A DNA stretch of 63,689 bases, filler included, from Octopus bimaculoides (taxonomy: Eukaryota): assembly GCF_001194135.2 (NCBI RefSeq). It is 5 parts of 5 records of this genome, joined end to end, with 100 filler letters (N's around TTAATTAATTAA, not from the genome) between each part and the next. Parts side by side here need not be neighbours in the genome. Positions count along the whole stretch, not along the records: positions 31,963 to 49,276 come from NC_068999.1; positions 49,377 to 56,168 come from NC_068990.1; 3 more parts are not named here. One strand, written 5' to 3'. Shown one piece after another: positions 37,826-51,337 of the stretch. Position 1 is the first letter of the stretch. Each line of letters starts with the position of its first letter. The notes under the pieces are model-generated. The model was not told the DNA's origin, did no database searches, and saw only the letters and a program-made list of their open reading frames with translations. The position numbers and the translations under genes are program-made.

Positions 37826-38180
37826 CTATTCTATCCTTCACTACATGTATTCACATGTGTTCGCAAAATATGTTCACAACATGTGTTCACAGCATGTGTT
37901 CTCTATGTTACTGTTCTGACCGTCACAACATGTGTTCTTTATGTTACTCACTATTCTATCTGTCACAACATGTGTTCACAACATGTGTTCTCTGTGTTAC
38001 TATTCTATCCGTCACAACATGTGTTCACAGCATGTGTTCTCTATGTTACTATTCTATCCGTCACAACATGTGTTCACAGCATGTATTCTCTGTGTTACTA
38101 TTCTATCCGTCACATGTGTTCACAACATGTGTTCACAACGAGTGTTCCCTCTGCTACTCTCTGTCACGACATGTGTTCGT
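37826..38180. repeat. 49-bp minisatellite built from a 13-bp subunit
   Basis: Unit CTATTCTATCCGTCACAACATGTGTTCACAGCATGTGTTCTCTATGTTA, about 7 variable copies. Confidence 0.92.
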
Positions 38181-38320
38181 GTGTAACGCTTCCTATGAAT
38201 CAAAATCGAACACGCAACCCAGATCATTAACATAACGTAACGAAGTCCAGGGTTAAGGTCCAAATAGCCTTAACTATGGGGGAAACCGAAGACATAGGAC
38301 GAAACCTTTGACACATATAA

Positions 38321-38770
38321 GGCACAGGGTTGTCTGTGTGGTTAAGAAGCTTGATTCTTAACAATGTGATCTGGAGTTCAATCCCAATGGGTGAAGCATT
38401 GGGTGAGTGCCTTCTCGTATAGCCACGGACCCACGAAGTCGGGTCCGAGGCTATACGAGGCTATACGATTTGAAACTGGAAAAGTGTACATATTTATGTG
38501 TGTGTGTGTGTGTGCGTGCGTGCGTGTATGAATGTGAATTTGTGTGTATGTGTGTGTGTGTGCGTGAAAGTTTGTGTTTGTGTGTAGGTTTGTTAGTTTG
38601 CGTATGTATTTATATTTACGTTATGTTTGTCCCACGTCACCGCTTGACAAGCACTGTTGTTTTCCTTACGTCCTCATAACTTAGCGGTTCGGCAAAAGGA
38701 CCAATAAAGTAAGTGCCGATCTTAAAATTAAATACAAGGGTCCAAGGGTGCTCCAGCTTGGCAGCAGGGC
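38321..38770 (+). mobile_element. SINE family A, old and diverged
   Basis: Degenerate head, core and tail around a (TG)n. Confidence 0.75.
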
Positions 38771-39441
38771 AATCCCTCGCCATATTGCGGTTCACCTTTC
38801 ACGGTTTATTATCCAACCGGACGTCGATTCTTCTGTAGTGTGGTTTTGCATTTAAAATAATATATATATACACACTCTCTCTCTAAGCTTGCGCGAATAC
38901 AACTTCACATATACAGACATGTATATTTGCACGCGAATTCATTTACACCTACGCATGCGCTGTCATGCTATTGTAAAGAAGATATCTCGATGAGGCGTTT
39001 TGTCTGTGTCTGCGTGTATGGTAATGTTTGTGTGTACTATTATGTACGAGTTTGTGTGCATATGTATGTATGCATGCATGTATGTATGTGTGTATGTATG
39101 TATGTATGTATGTATGTATGTATGTATGTGCGTGTGTGTTGTATGTGTGTGTGTGTTTGACGTATGTGTTGATTTGTGTAAGCTCCTTTAGAAAAGCGAG
39201 CCAGAATCGAGTAAAAATGATAAAGAATTATGTAGAATGAAAGAAAGATTAAAATAAATAGAAAATAATTATACAAAGAATTAAAAAAAGAAAGAAAATT
39301 GAAAGAAAATAATTTGAGTGGCTAACCTACAGGAAAGAACTTTGAATGGTCAAATGCGAGAGAAGACATTTGAGTGTGTCAAAATGGCGGAATACAAACT
39401 GAACGACGGATTGAGAGACAGAAAATTTGAATATGAAAAAG

Positions 39442-39513
39442 TGGTAGAATGAATTTAAATATTTGATTAGTTGGTAGAATGAATTTAAATATTTGATTAG
39501 TTGGTAGAATGAA
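39442..39513. repeat. 30-bp tandem duplication (2.4 copies)
   Basis: TGGTAGAATGAATTTAAATATTTGATTAGT x2 plus a partial copy. Confidence 0.9.
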
Positions 39514-39789
39514 ATTTACGTTGTCAGATGAACAATATTGAAGGAAAAAGAATAGTAGGTCGAAAATGCTGGAAAGAAATATTGAATGACTAATTTGAAT
39601 GAATAATAATTTTGATTAACGAAGGAATGTTATGAAAGAGAAAGTGATTGAATGTAAGAAATTGAAGAAATGGGAGGAAAATTTAATGGTCAATGTGAAT
39701 TAATGATATTTGAAAGGACAATGGAGAGAAAGAAAAAGAACGGAAAACAGTCAATAAAAATGAGTGAAATTTTGTTTTTTAGTTTTCTT

Positions 39790-40040
39790 TTTTACTTGTT
39801 TTAGTCATTAGACTGCGGTCATGCTGGGGCACTGCCTTTGGGAACTTTTAGTCAAATGAGTCGACGTCAGTTGCAATGAGTAAGGGTGTTACCAACACCC
39901 AGTGGCATTCACTTTCATGAGCAGATTGGAGGTCCACAAAATAAAGTGTGAAACTGAAGCATACAACGCTCCACTAGGACAGGAATCGAGTCTAGAACTT
40001 CGGTGTGTTTGTGCAACACAGTAACCATTAAGCCACTACA
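39790..40040 (-). mobile_element. Family A tail fragment (39790-39866) plus degenerate family D-type head (39900-40040)
   Basis: TTAGTCATTAGACTGCGGTCATGCTGGGGCAC; CAGGAATCGAG...TAACCATTAAGCCAC. Confidence 0.6.
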
Positions 40041-40631
40041 CACCCTTCGCTTTTTATCAATGAAAATTCATACGTAATTCAGTGTCAAGTCATGAAGCTT
40101 TAATGATAATTTTCATCAGGAATAATAATGGTGATAACTCTGAAATCCACATTAGTTGAAAATTGGATCGTGGCATGCAGTAAAGGTGTGACTAATTAAT
40201 ATGGTAAAATAATATAATTGTAGAGTAAATTGAGATAATGTATATTCATTACATTTTTTTTCTGAAATAAAATAAAACGAAACATACTCTCATCGGAATC
40301 GAGCACGCGAACAACTCGTATCAACGTTTCTTAGTAACAGACTCCAACGCTTGTGTCTTTTAGTTGAGATGTCGCCAAAAGGCAGACAGCTGGTCAATGT
40401 GACGCTTTACTACTATTGATATTTTCTAGATTTGTTCTAAATTAGTTACGAAAAACGATAGCTAATGTAATAGACTGTCATCGTTTGTGTTTCTGGTCGG
40501 TTTATAAGGAGACTTTAACGATTCGAAAATCTATATAGATTCTTATTTTATCTTTATGTGATGAGACCATAAATATGTAAATGAAAGAACTCCATGACTT
40601 TAATCCATACATATATGTATGCATGTTGGTG

Positions 40632-40665
<34 letters not shown>

Positions 40666-40668
<3 letters not shown>

Positions 40669-40884
40669 GTTTCAAATTTTTGCCACAAAGGCAGCTTGTG
40701 GGGAGTGGATAAAGTCGAATACATTGACCCTAGTGTATCACTGGTACTCAATTTATCGACCTCGAAAATATGAAAGGCAAAGTCGACCTCGGCGGAAATT
40801 GAACTCAAAACGCAGCGGCAGATGAATTACCGCTAAGAAATTCGCCCGGCGGGCGTTCTAACATTTCTGCCAGCTCGCCGCCTT
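40666..40884 (-). mobile_element. SINE family B, full length
   Basis: Complete reverse complement. Confidence 0.9.
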
Positions 40885-40885
40885 C

Positions 40886-40978
<93 letters not shown>

Positions 40979-40991
40979 TATAATAATAATA

Positions 40992-41554
40992 ATAAATGCC
41001 CTGATGTAGTACCAGGTAGTGGCTCTCGTAGCTTCTTATCTTAACTATTTAGAAGTGTTATCATGTACATTGTTTTGTCTTGGTATGAAAGATGGGCTAC
41101 AGCAAATATTCTGCTCAATACTACAGACTTGCTCGTCAGTTGTTTGACCATAACCAGTTGAGCATATCCCTTGGTGGTTGATGATATGTGCATCTCTGAT
41201 AATGAGCAGAAGTAGTGGAGGAGCATCATAGCCATGTGTTGAGAGGAATTCTTTGGGGTTTGAATAATTCATCTTTGGAAACATGGGTGTTTTGCTCAAC
41301 ATCCTTAAACAAACCTTATTCAGAGACCTTTTGAGCGGGATGGGCTACTCGACCTAAAGAAAATTCTAACTGGGTCCCACCTACGAGGTCATGCGCTGTT
41401 TGTCTTGATATGAGATCACCATGTCGCGCACATATGGTTGTGATGCATGTGCCTGGTGTAACTCTTATCAGACGGGTAGTCATGATGGGTATACTGGGCT
41501 TTGTATATTTTACCCCAGTGTCACTTTGATGGCATGCACTGCTCTCTCACTCAA
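40992..41554 (-). mobile_element. ~560-bp non-coding retroposon-like element with (TTA)n tail
   Basis: Complex, relatively GC-rich block with no long ORF and no tRNA head. It ends on the minus strand in GGGCATTTATTATTATT. I recall it as a common octopus repeat (not verifiable here). Confidence 0.55.
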
Positions 41555-41570
41555 GAATAACAGTAATTAA

Positions 41571-41736
41571 TCGATTGTATCGACCCAAGTGTCCAATAGG
41601 TGCTTATTTTATCGACCTCGAAAGGATGAACGTTCTAATCAGCCTCACTGTTATTTGAACTCAGAACGTAGCAATGGATGAAATACCGCTAAGCATTTCG
41701 TCCGGTGTGCTTACGATTCTGCCAGCTAACCACTTT
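41571..41736 (-). mobile_element. SINE family B
   Basis: Head and central domain. Confidence 0.82.
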
Positions 41737-41815
41737 AAAAACAACAACAACAGCAACAGCAACAACAACAATAACAACAGGAACAACAACAACAACAATG
41801 ATGATAATGATAATA

Positions 41816-41957
41816 AGCCTTTGTACTGTAGGCACAAGGCCTGACATTTTGGGGGAGGGGTTAAGCCGATTACATCGACCCAGTATTTCCCTGGTACTTA
41901 ACTTATCTACCCCGAATAGATGAAAGGCTAAGATATCTTCGGTCGAATTTGAACTCA
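41816..41957 (-). mobile_element. SINE family B, 5'-truncated
   Basis: Tail through B-box. Confidence 0.85.
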
Positions 41958-42726
41958 CATAAAAATTTCTTTTTCTTGGCAAAGGGATTTAGATGACCAA
42001 ATCGATGGCAATAATGGGTGGAGAGGAGCTTCTGTCCATTTAAGAAGACGACATCATTTTAAAGATATTCGTTCGACCCGTGAAAATAAAAGCAGGTGTT
42101 TGAACTGGTTAGAAAACGATTGGGAAGGTGAGAAACTGTCAGGTAATGCACGGATAGAGTATGAGAGAGTGAGCGAGGGGAAGAGAGAGTGAGAGAGAGG
42201 GAGAGAGAGAGATAGAGAGAAAGAGAGAGAAGGAGAGTGAGACAGATAGACAAACATTGAAGGTGAGAGAAAGAGAGAAAGTGGGAGATGGACAGATAGA
42301 GAGAGAGTGAGAGAGAGAGAGAGAAGGAAAGTGGGATGTATATATATATATATATATATANNNNNNNNNNAGAGAGAGAGAAAGAGAGAGAGAGAGAGCG
42401 CTTTTGGTTGAAAGTTGTGCAGGAATTACTTTATGTGCAAAGGGAAATAAGTCTCGTTGCTATTTTCCAGCGATGGCCGTGTGGTGGCAGAATTGTTAAA
42501 GCGTCGGTATTTTCTTATTCGTTCTGGATTTTAATCCTCTGAGCTCAAAAGACACCATGATCAAAGATGCCTTGTATTATTTCGCGGTTAAAAAAGAAAT
42601 ATATCAATCGTCTACTACGGGGCTTGATGCAATCCTATAAAGCATCTATCCGGAAGAAATGCTGGTATGGTGTCTAAATTGGAAACTATTGCTTTTTAAG
42701 GGGTGGATATTAATTTGTGGGTTTCA

Positions 42727-42930
42727 GGTGGCGAGCTGGCAGAATTGTTCGCACACCTGGAAAATTGCTTAGCAGCATTTCGTCCATCTTTAAGTTCTAA
42801 GTTCAAATTCCGCTTTGTTCGACTTTGCTTTTCATCCTTTCGAAGTTAATAAAATAAGGACCAGTCGAAAACTGGGATCGATGTCATCATCCAGCCCCTT
42901 TCCCTGAAATTGCTGGCATTGTGCCTAAAA
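42727..42930 (+). mobile_element. SINE family B
   Basis: GGCGAGCTGGCAGAATTGTT head through tail. Confidence 0.88.
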
Positions 42931-42964
42931 GGAGACGGGGGCTTTTCTAATACAGGAAAAAAAT

Positions 42965-43001
<37 letters not shown>

Positions 43002-44964
43002 TTGGTAACCATACCTCGTTACGAAATGTATTTCACTGTTAGGATTTAGCTAAGTTCACCATTAAACAACATCAGCCCCATTCTTTTATTGGGCTACCTA
43101 CACAACAAGGTGAGGCCCCATGGTTATTTCCAGTGCTTACCTCATGATCTGTGGAAATTTAAAGAAAAACAAATTCACAAACATTGAAAATACTTACGAA
43201 CAAAACACACACATGAAAAAAATTTTAAGCAAAACCAAAATTATGTGATAAGGGAAATAACTCAAGATGTATTCCTAAGTTGTTTCCCTTGTCAACGGAA
43301 TATATTTATTCAGATTGTGCATTTGAAAAATGAATGATGTTAATAAACATGCAGCTTATATATTATGTATGTTATATTATATATTGTCTATATATAATTC
43401 ATTATATAAGTGCCTGGATTTAAGAAATTATTAATTTCAGAAATGTATAATATATGAAAATATTCTACAAATGTCAGAATAACGCAATTTGGTGATAAAA
43501 TTTGAGAGTTATACCCCCTTTCAAGGGAAATAACTCTAAAAAAAATCCCTTTTCCTTCTTCAGCAGGAGAAATGAATTTAGTGTTAATGTTTAACGCTAA
43601 AATATAATTAATTACTAAATTATCCATGAATGTAATATTTGACATGGAAACCAAATAAACAGATAAACTGATATAGAAGCTCTCGAATACACGTATCTAC
43701 ACACGCATACACGGTTTTCATGTTCTTATATCTTACTTCATTTTATATCTTATTATTTTTAAAAATATTTTTATTATATTTTTTTTATTTTTTATTATTT
43801 TTTATTATTTGAATTTTTAGTATAAACCTATATCGCATCGAAGTCTTATAAAATCACTGTAAGCACGATTTCGTTTCTCGATGAAAACTGAAATTTTTAT
43901 TTTCTACCAATTTATATATATATATAAATTAGACAATGGGGTAAAAAATTGGATATTAATTAATATCAATTTAATATCAGGTAACTAGCACATTAAAAGA
44001 ATCAGGGAGATTCAGAAAAAATATCTGAGATCTCAAGGATTATTGCATATGTTTATATAAGAATATATACGAGTATATATACGGAGGCCACTAGGTGGAC
44101 TGGTAAAGTGCTAGAAGACGATCACGTGTCATGTGTCTACTTAGACCGAATAATTCTCAGAGGGAATTTAGCGAAACAACAAAAACGTAAAGCGGGCAAG
44201 ACCAGTGGAGATTACACAAAAAAAAAAAAAAAATGCAATTATCTGCAAACATGTTTCGAAATTAACATTTTCTTACCGAAAATATCTTTTCCTTATTAGT
44301 ACAGAACATTGGATAGATGTAATTTAGAGAATCGTATACTTAGTTCTACTGCACTTTGCCTCCTGCTCGCACAGACGCACGTACGCGCGCACGTGCGTCT
44401 AACCCCCTCCTCCCAAATTTCCAAGGGAAATTACTCATTCAAAATATACTCGAATTGTTTCCCTTGACAGTATCTGCGCTATTTCGCTTAAGAATGTGAT
44501 ATTTATCGAAATAATATTGGATTCGTCTTAAATGGGAGCGATGGATGATAGTACTAGTTGAGCACGTACCATTACTATTAGGCTTTAGTTTCAACATTCT
44601 CTCTGTCTGTTTGTCTTTCTCTCTCTCTCTCTCTCTGTCTGCCTGTCCTTCACCCTTCTCCCTGATTACATATTTTCATTACATTTTTTTTTACCTTACC
44701 ATCTGTGGTTCGCATTTATATCACAGTTGACTAGCTTTATGTTAATTAGGTATGATAATTAACTGGTGCAACAGAAACGAAAATATACAAAGCATCCAGG
44801 TTATTAGGACGAGGTAATAAGCCGATGGCAAAATATCGTGCTAACTCTAGTCTCATAGTTTCATTTATTTGACTCTTATTTTTAATTTCGGTGAGGACCA
44901 GCCAGATGTTACTCCAGCCCCACGGTAGCACAGATCGAGTAGAACTTTCGGTAGATGCTGGCCT

Positions 44965-45053
<89 letters not shown>

Positions 45054-45405
45054 GNNNNNNNNNNNNNNNNNNNNNNNNNNNNNNNNNNNNNNNNNNNNNN
45101 NNNNNNNNNNNNNNNNNNNNNNNNNNNNNNNNNNNNNNNNNNNNNNNNNNNNNNNNNNNNNNNNNNNNNNNNNNNNNNNNNNNNNNNNNNNNNNNNNNNN
45201 NNNNNNNNNNNNNNNNNNNNNNNNNNNNNNNNNNNNNNNNNNNNNNNNNNNNNNNNNNNNNNNNNNNNNNNNNNNNNNNNNNNNNNNNNNNNNNNNNNNN
45301 NNNNNNNNNNNNNNNNNNNNNNNNNNNNNNNNNNNNNNNNNNNNNNNNNNNNNNNNNNNNNNNNNNNNNNNNNNNNNNNNNNNNNNNNNNNNNNNNNNNN
45401 NNNNG

Positions 45406-45485
<80 letters not shown>

Positions 45486-45487
45486 GC

Positions 45488-45530
<43 letters not shown>
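44965..45530. repeat. Long (TTG)n microsatellite spanning a gap
   Basis: Pure repeat on both sides of the N-run. Confidence 0.9.
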
Positions 45531-45573
45531 AATTCATATGACAAGTCAGATTAGTTGTTAGAATTATACTGAC

Positions 45574-45982
45574 TTCAAATTTTGGCACAAAGTCAACAAG
45601 TTCGGGTGCGGGCTCAGTCGGTTTCATCAACCCTAACACTCAACTGGTACTTGTTTTAGCGAGTCGGGGATGATGAAAGGCAAAGTCGACTCCGGCCAAA
45701 TTTGAACTCGTGACGTAAAAACGTACGAAATGCTGCTAAACCTTTTGCTTGGCGTGCTAACAATTCTGCCAGCTCGCGTTATGGTACAAGGCCAAAATTT
45801 TCGTGGAAGGGTGTACATTATTACTTCGACCCGAGAACTCAGCTGGTACCTATTTCATAAATTTCGAAAAGACGAAATGCAAAGTCGAACGCGGCGAAAT
45901 TCGAACTCAGAATTTAAAGATTAGTAAAATGTCGCTAAGAGCTTTTCTTGGCGTTCTAACGATTCTGCCAGCTCGCCGCTTT
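45574..45982 (-). mobile_element. Two head-to-tail family B SINEs (45574-45778, 45779-45982)
   Basis: Two consecutive complete reverse-complement copies, mutually diverged. Confidence 0.88.
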
Positions 45983-47432
45983 TGTAGCAAGCATAATATT
46001 AAAGTGTCTTGTGCAATCCTAAAGACGCAATAAGCCGTTTTAATACAATGAATCACAGTGAATGTGGCTGAGAACTATGTCTTAGAATTGTTGAATTACT
46101 TATTTGTTAATATAAGAGTACCGAATTCAGTCGATCGATTAACAGAATCCATACGGACATCCGTCACCAGCTGTTGCACCAACGCTACCACAAACACACA
46201 GACAAACGCACGCACACACACACACACATACACACATGCACGAGTGAACTGGAGCAATATATATATATATGTACACACACACACAGACGAGTGAACTGCA
46301 GCAATATATATATATGTATACACGCACACACACATCTCACTCTCTCTCTCTCTCTCTCTCNNNNNNNNNNNNNNNNNNNNNNNNNNNNNNNNNNNNNNNN
46401 NNNNNNNNNNNNNNNNNNNNNNNNNNNNNNNNNNNNNNNNNNNNNNNNNNNNNNNNNNNNNNNNNNNNNNNNNNNNNNNNNNNNNNNNNNNNNNNNNNNN
46501 NNNNNNNNNNNNNNNNNNNNNNNNNNNNNNNNNNNNNNNNNNNNNNNNNNNNNNNNNNNNNNNNNNNNNNNNNNNNNNNNNNNNNNNNNNNNNNNNNNNN
46601 NNNNNNNNNNNNNNNNNNNNNNNNNNNNNNNNNNNNNNNNNNNNNNNNNNNNNNNNNNNNNNNNNNNNNNNNNNNNNNNNNNNNNNNNNNNNNNNNNNNN
46701 NNNNNNNNNNNNNNNNNNNNNNNNNNNNNNNNNNNNNNNNNNNNNNNNNNNNNNNNNNNNNNNNNNNNNNNNNNNNNNNNNNNNNNNNNNNNNNNNNNNN
46801 NNNNNNNNNNNNNNNNNNNNNNNNNNNNNNNNNNNNNNNNNNNNNNNNNNNNNNNNNNNNNNNNNNNNNNNNNNNNNNNNNNNNNNNNNNNNNNNNNNNN
46901 NNNNNNNNNNNNNNNNNNNNNNNNNNNNNNNNNNNNNNNNNNNNNNNNNNNNNNNNNNNNNNNNNNNNNNNNNNNNNNNNNNNNNNNNNNNNNTGTGTGT
47001 GTGTGTGTACTTCAGCATCGTTGAATTCAAAATCTAATTTGTCACGGAAAAGTTATTTTCCATTTTAATTGTGAAATTCTTAAACCTGTTGCTAAACAAA
47101 AATTTGTAAAGCAATTATAACTCGGTAAAGAGAGAGAAACATTAATTTATAGTCCGATAAAATTCCAGGATCGATTATCTTAACAGCAGTCAAGCATTGC
47201 AATCGATTAAGTATTAAAACTATGTGACTTCGTAGGAATACAGTGTTTTCTAAAAATGATTTATTACGCTACTGTTTATTTTCGAAACTGCAAATACATT
47301 TCGATCAGCCTCCGAGTTTAACAAAATCTGTACTCTTATCCTACTGGAGCTGTAGAATCTAAACCTTTCCTGGTTTATACCTTTTCTCTCTGCATTTGGT
47401 GTGTTTTTGTTTCTGATATATAGCTATATAGC

Positions 47433-47754
47433 TGGCACTCCGTCGAGGGATCCAGTTGATCCGACCAACGGAACAGCCTGCTCGTGAAATTAACGTGCAA
47501 TTGGCTGAGCACTCCACAGACACGTGTACCTTTAACGTAGTTCTCGGGGATATTCAGCGTGACACAGTATGACAGGGCTGACCCTTTGAATTACAGGTAC
47601 AACAGAACATAGGAAGTAAGAGTGAGAGAAAGTTGTGGTGAAAGAATACAGCAGGGTTCGCCACCATCCCCTGCCGGAGCCTCGTGGAGCCTTAGGTGTT
47701 TTCGCTCAATAAACATTCACAACGCCCGGTCTGGGAATCGAAACCGCGATCCTA
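47433..47754 (-). mobile_element. SINE family C, head truncated by (TA)n/gap
   Basis: Near-identical reverse complement of 30670-31010. Confidence 0.93.
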
Positions 47755-48486
47755 TATATATATATATATNNNNNNNNNNNNNNNNNNNNNNNNNNNNNNN
47801 NNNNNNNNNNNNNNNNNNNNNNNNNNNNNNNNNNNNNNNNNNNNNNNNNNNNNNNNNNNNNNNNNNNNNNNNNNNNNNNNNNNNNNNNNNNNNNNNNNNN
47901 NNNNNNNNNNNNNNNNNNNNNNNNNNNNNNNNNNNNNNNNNNNNNNNNNNNNNNNNNNNNNNNNNNNNNNNNNNNNNNNNNNNNNNNNNNNNNNNNNNNN
48001 NNNNNNNNNNNNNNNNNNNNNNNNNNNNNNNNNNNNNNNNNNNNNNNNNNNNNNNNNNNNNNNNNNNNNNNNNNNNNNNNNNNNNNNNNNNNNNNNNNNN
48101 NNNNNNNNNNNNNNNNNNNNNNNNNNNNNNNNNNNNNNNNNNNNNNNNNNNNNNNNNNNNNNNNNNNNNNNNNNNNNNNNNNNNNNNNNNNNNNNNNNNN
48201 NNNNNNNNNNNNNNNNNNNNNNNNNNNNNNNNNNNNNNNNNNNNNNNNNNNNNNNNNNNNNNNNNNNNNNNNNNNNNNNNNNNNNNNNNNNNNNNNNNNN
48301 NNNNNNNNNNNNNNNNNNNNNNNNNNNNNNNNNNNNNNNNNNNNNNNNNNNNNNNNNNNNNNNNNNNNNNNNNNNNNNNNNNNNNNNNNNNNNNNNNNNN
48401 NNNNNNNNNNNNNNNNNNNNNNNNNNNNNNNNNNNNNNNNNNNNNNNNNNNNNNNNNNNNNNNNNNNNNNNNNNNNNNNNNNNNNN

Positions 48487-48530
<44 letters not shown>

Positions 48531-48972
48531 TGATATACACTCTTCCTCCCTCGCACACACATATGCACTTACACACATACACACGCAAACGCACAGACCA
48601 ACATATATACATGAACGTATGCATATTTAAAAAAAAATGTATTCCCTATGTTCTATATGTTAGCTGCTAAGTTATATTAGCTTTCACATGTCTGGCGTTT
48701 GGGTACATTTTCTGTTTTACATCAGAAATTTCAGTATATCTACTGTAACAGCTATATTAGCTGATATATGTTATGAAGTGTTAAGAGATGAGCAATGAAT
48801 ATACAAGGTGTTAATATACTTATAATATATTTATTAGTAAATGTTATGTGTCAATACATTTGTTATTGCTTGAGAAAAAGTTTCCACAGTTGTGAATTCT
48901 CGTAATTTATATGTAAATCTAATTGTGAATTCTGGCTTCACCAATAGCTATTACGCATCTACGTTACAGTTT

Positions 48973-49021
<49 letters not shown>

Positions 49022-49276
49022 ATCATGGACGGACGGTAGACACATCGGCTCCCATGTAAGTTGCATTTTTCACCTCTTAAAAGACCTATTTTGTTTTAAA
49101 ATTTTGTATAAGTTGTGTATAACACAAAATACTTCGTGAACATATATTTTTCAAATCGGAAATAGCTCTATTTAGAGCCTTATTTCCAAAAATTCAAACA
49201 TATCTTCCTCGTTCCTAGCCATATTCTTTAAAACGAATATGGCTAAGGTTTTCAACGAGGCCGACTTCCCGCTCCT

Positions 49277-49376
49277 NNNNNNNNNNNNNNNNNNNNNNNN
49301 NNNNNNNNNNNNNNNNNNNNTTAATTAATTAANNNNNNNNNNNNNNNNNNNNNNNNNNNNNNNNNNNNNNNNNNNN
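49277..49376. other. Artificial scaffold-join linker
   Basis: N44-TTAATTAATTAA-N44. Confidence 0.95.
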
Positions 49377-49422
<46 letters not shown>

Positions 49423-49617
49423 TACACATATTTATACAAGCTTACACGTACACACGTACTTACATATATACATATATGTACATACACATATGTGTATGTA
49501 TTTTTAAGGACATACGAACTACTGACGATGGATGTGTGTGTGTGTGTGCGTGTGTGTATTTGTTTATGTGTGTATGTATGTATGCATGTGTCTATGTCTA
49601 TGTATATGTGTGCATAT

Positions 49618-50300
49618 TCATGGTGTCCTAAAAATGTATACGCACTTTAAATAATTGTAAAGTAGGTGTTTGCTAAAATACATTTCATTTTCAAATTTAA
49701 TAGAATCTACAGACATTATTTATTGTTTTGTCAACGCCTGTTTTCAAACTGACGTCCCTTCTGGTCCAGGCATTGCTGGCAACGCGAAGCAATGGAATCG
49801 CAAACATCACGAAACAATTTCGTTTGGTATTTGTCTGCTTTCTCGTTCAATGGCTGCTCTCAAATCAGTGACTGTTGCAGGTTTCATAGCGTAGACTTTG
49901 TCTTTTAGGTATCCCCATAAAAAAGTCTAGTGGTGCGAGGTCTGGTGAACGCGGAGGGTATTCAAAGAAGTCCCTTCGTCTAATCCACCTGTTTAGCATG
50001 ATCTCATCAAAGAAGGATCTAACATCGCGATGGTAGTGTGGGGGTGCCCCATCTTGCTGAAAACAAAACCCCTCATCTTCAAAGTCTTCTCTAATGCTTG
50101 GCATGGCAGACTGTTGCAGCAAGTTCAATTAAACAGGACCAGTCACAGTAGCGCCAAAAGAGAATGGTCCAATTAATCTTCTTGATGATAAATAACACCA
50201 CACTGTAACTCCTGGTAAATAAACATGGTGTTCCACCATACCAAGCGGATTCCCAGGTCCCCAGTAAGTACAATTGTAGCGGTTAATTGAATCATTTAAT
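49618..50300 (-). mobile_element. rosa (DD41D) Tc1/mariner transposase pseudogene, 3' half with TIR
   Basis: FQQDGAPPHYHRDVRSFFDEIMLNRWIRRRDFFEYPPRSPDLAPLDFF has 41 residues between the last two D. A frameshift leads to WGYLKDKVY; degenerate CA(G)GGTGTCC terminus. Confidence 0.93.
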
Positions 50301-50400
50301 TAGAGGAACGTTCTAGTGAAGTTGTACATCTTAATATGTTTTGCTAAACTTGCAGTTTCTTTTCAGATATCATCAGAAAAAGGTAATGAAAATTCATTAA

Positions 50401-50445
50401 AATGACAGATCTATCGAACTTTCAAAGAGGTCAAATTGTACGTGT
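50401..50445 (+). mobile_element. Tc1-like transposase N-terminus fragment
   Basis: MTDLSNFQRGQIV resembles the Tc1-type start (L-S-D/N-F-x-R-G-Q-I-V); truncated by (TA)n/gap. Confidence 0.55.
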
Positions 50446-51083
50446 GTGCATCTATACATATATATGCACATATATATATGTATATATNNNNNNNNNNNNN
50501 NNNNNNNNNNNNNNNNNNNNNNNNNNNNNNNNNNNNNNNNNNNNNNNNNNNNNNNNNNNNNNNNNNNNNNNNNNNNNNNNNNNNNNNNNNNNNNNNNNNN
50601 NNNNNNNNNNNNNNNNNNNNNNNNNNNNNNNNNNNNNNNNNNNNNNNNNNNNNNNNNNNNNNNNNNNNNNNNNNNNNNNNNNNNNNNNNNNNNNNNNNNN
50701 NNNNNNNNNNNNNNNNNNNNNNNNNNNNNNNNNNNNNNNNNNNNNNNNNNNNNNNNNNNNNNNNNNNNNNNNNNNNNNNNNNNNNNNNNNNNNNNNNNNN
50801 NNNNNNNNNNNNNNNNNNNNNNNNNNNNNNNNNNNNNNNNNNNNNNNNNNNNNNNNNNNNNNNNNNNNNNNNNNNNNNNNNNNNNNNTGTGGGTACAAAT
50901 ACAAACTTATACACAGACATGCGACATACGTACATACCAATTTCAACAATCTAATTAGCATCGTTCATTTTCTAAACCTACCCACCATTCTGAGTAATTT
51001 TGAATATTTCTGTATATAAACTTAGCAGAAGATTTGTAAACAAGCACGACCCGTTTATAAACATGCATTTATATACAAAGCTA

Positions 51084-51120
<37 letters not shown>

Positions 51121-51337
51121 GTGTGTGTGTGCATTCAGCACACTTCACATAACATGATTATTAGTATGGAATTACGTCACCGTGATTCATGTGAATATCC
51201 GCCTGCGTATATATGTGTGTTTATCGATGGACACTGTGCAGAAGCCCTCTAGGTGGATCGTATGGATTGTCGTTTGGTGGGTCGTCGCATCGAGGCAGTG
51301 GCTGGAGGACCTTGGCAGGCGCAGAGACATTGTTTAC

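Noticed and set aside
38236-38312. ACGAAGTCC...GGACGAAAC hammerhead-like arrangement
   Set aside because: Two core mismatches, no NUH triplet or stem III, and no stem I.
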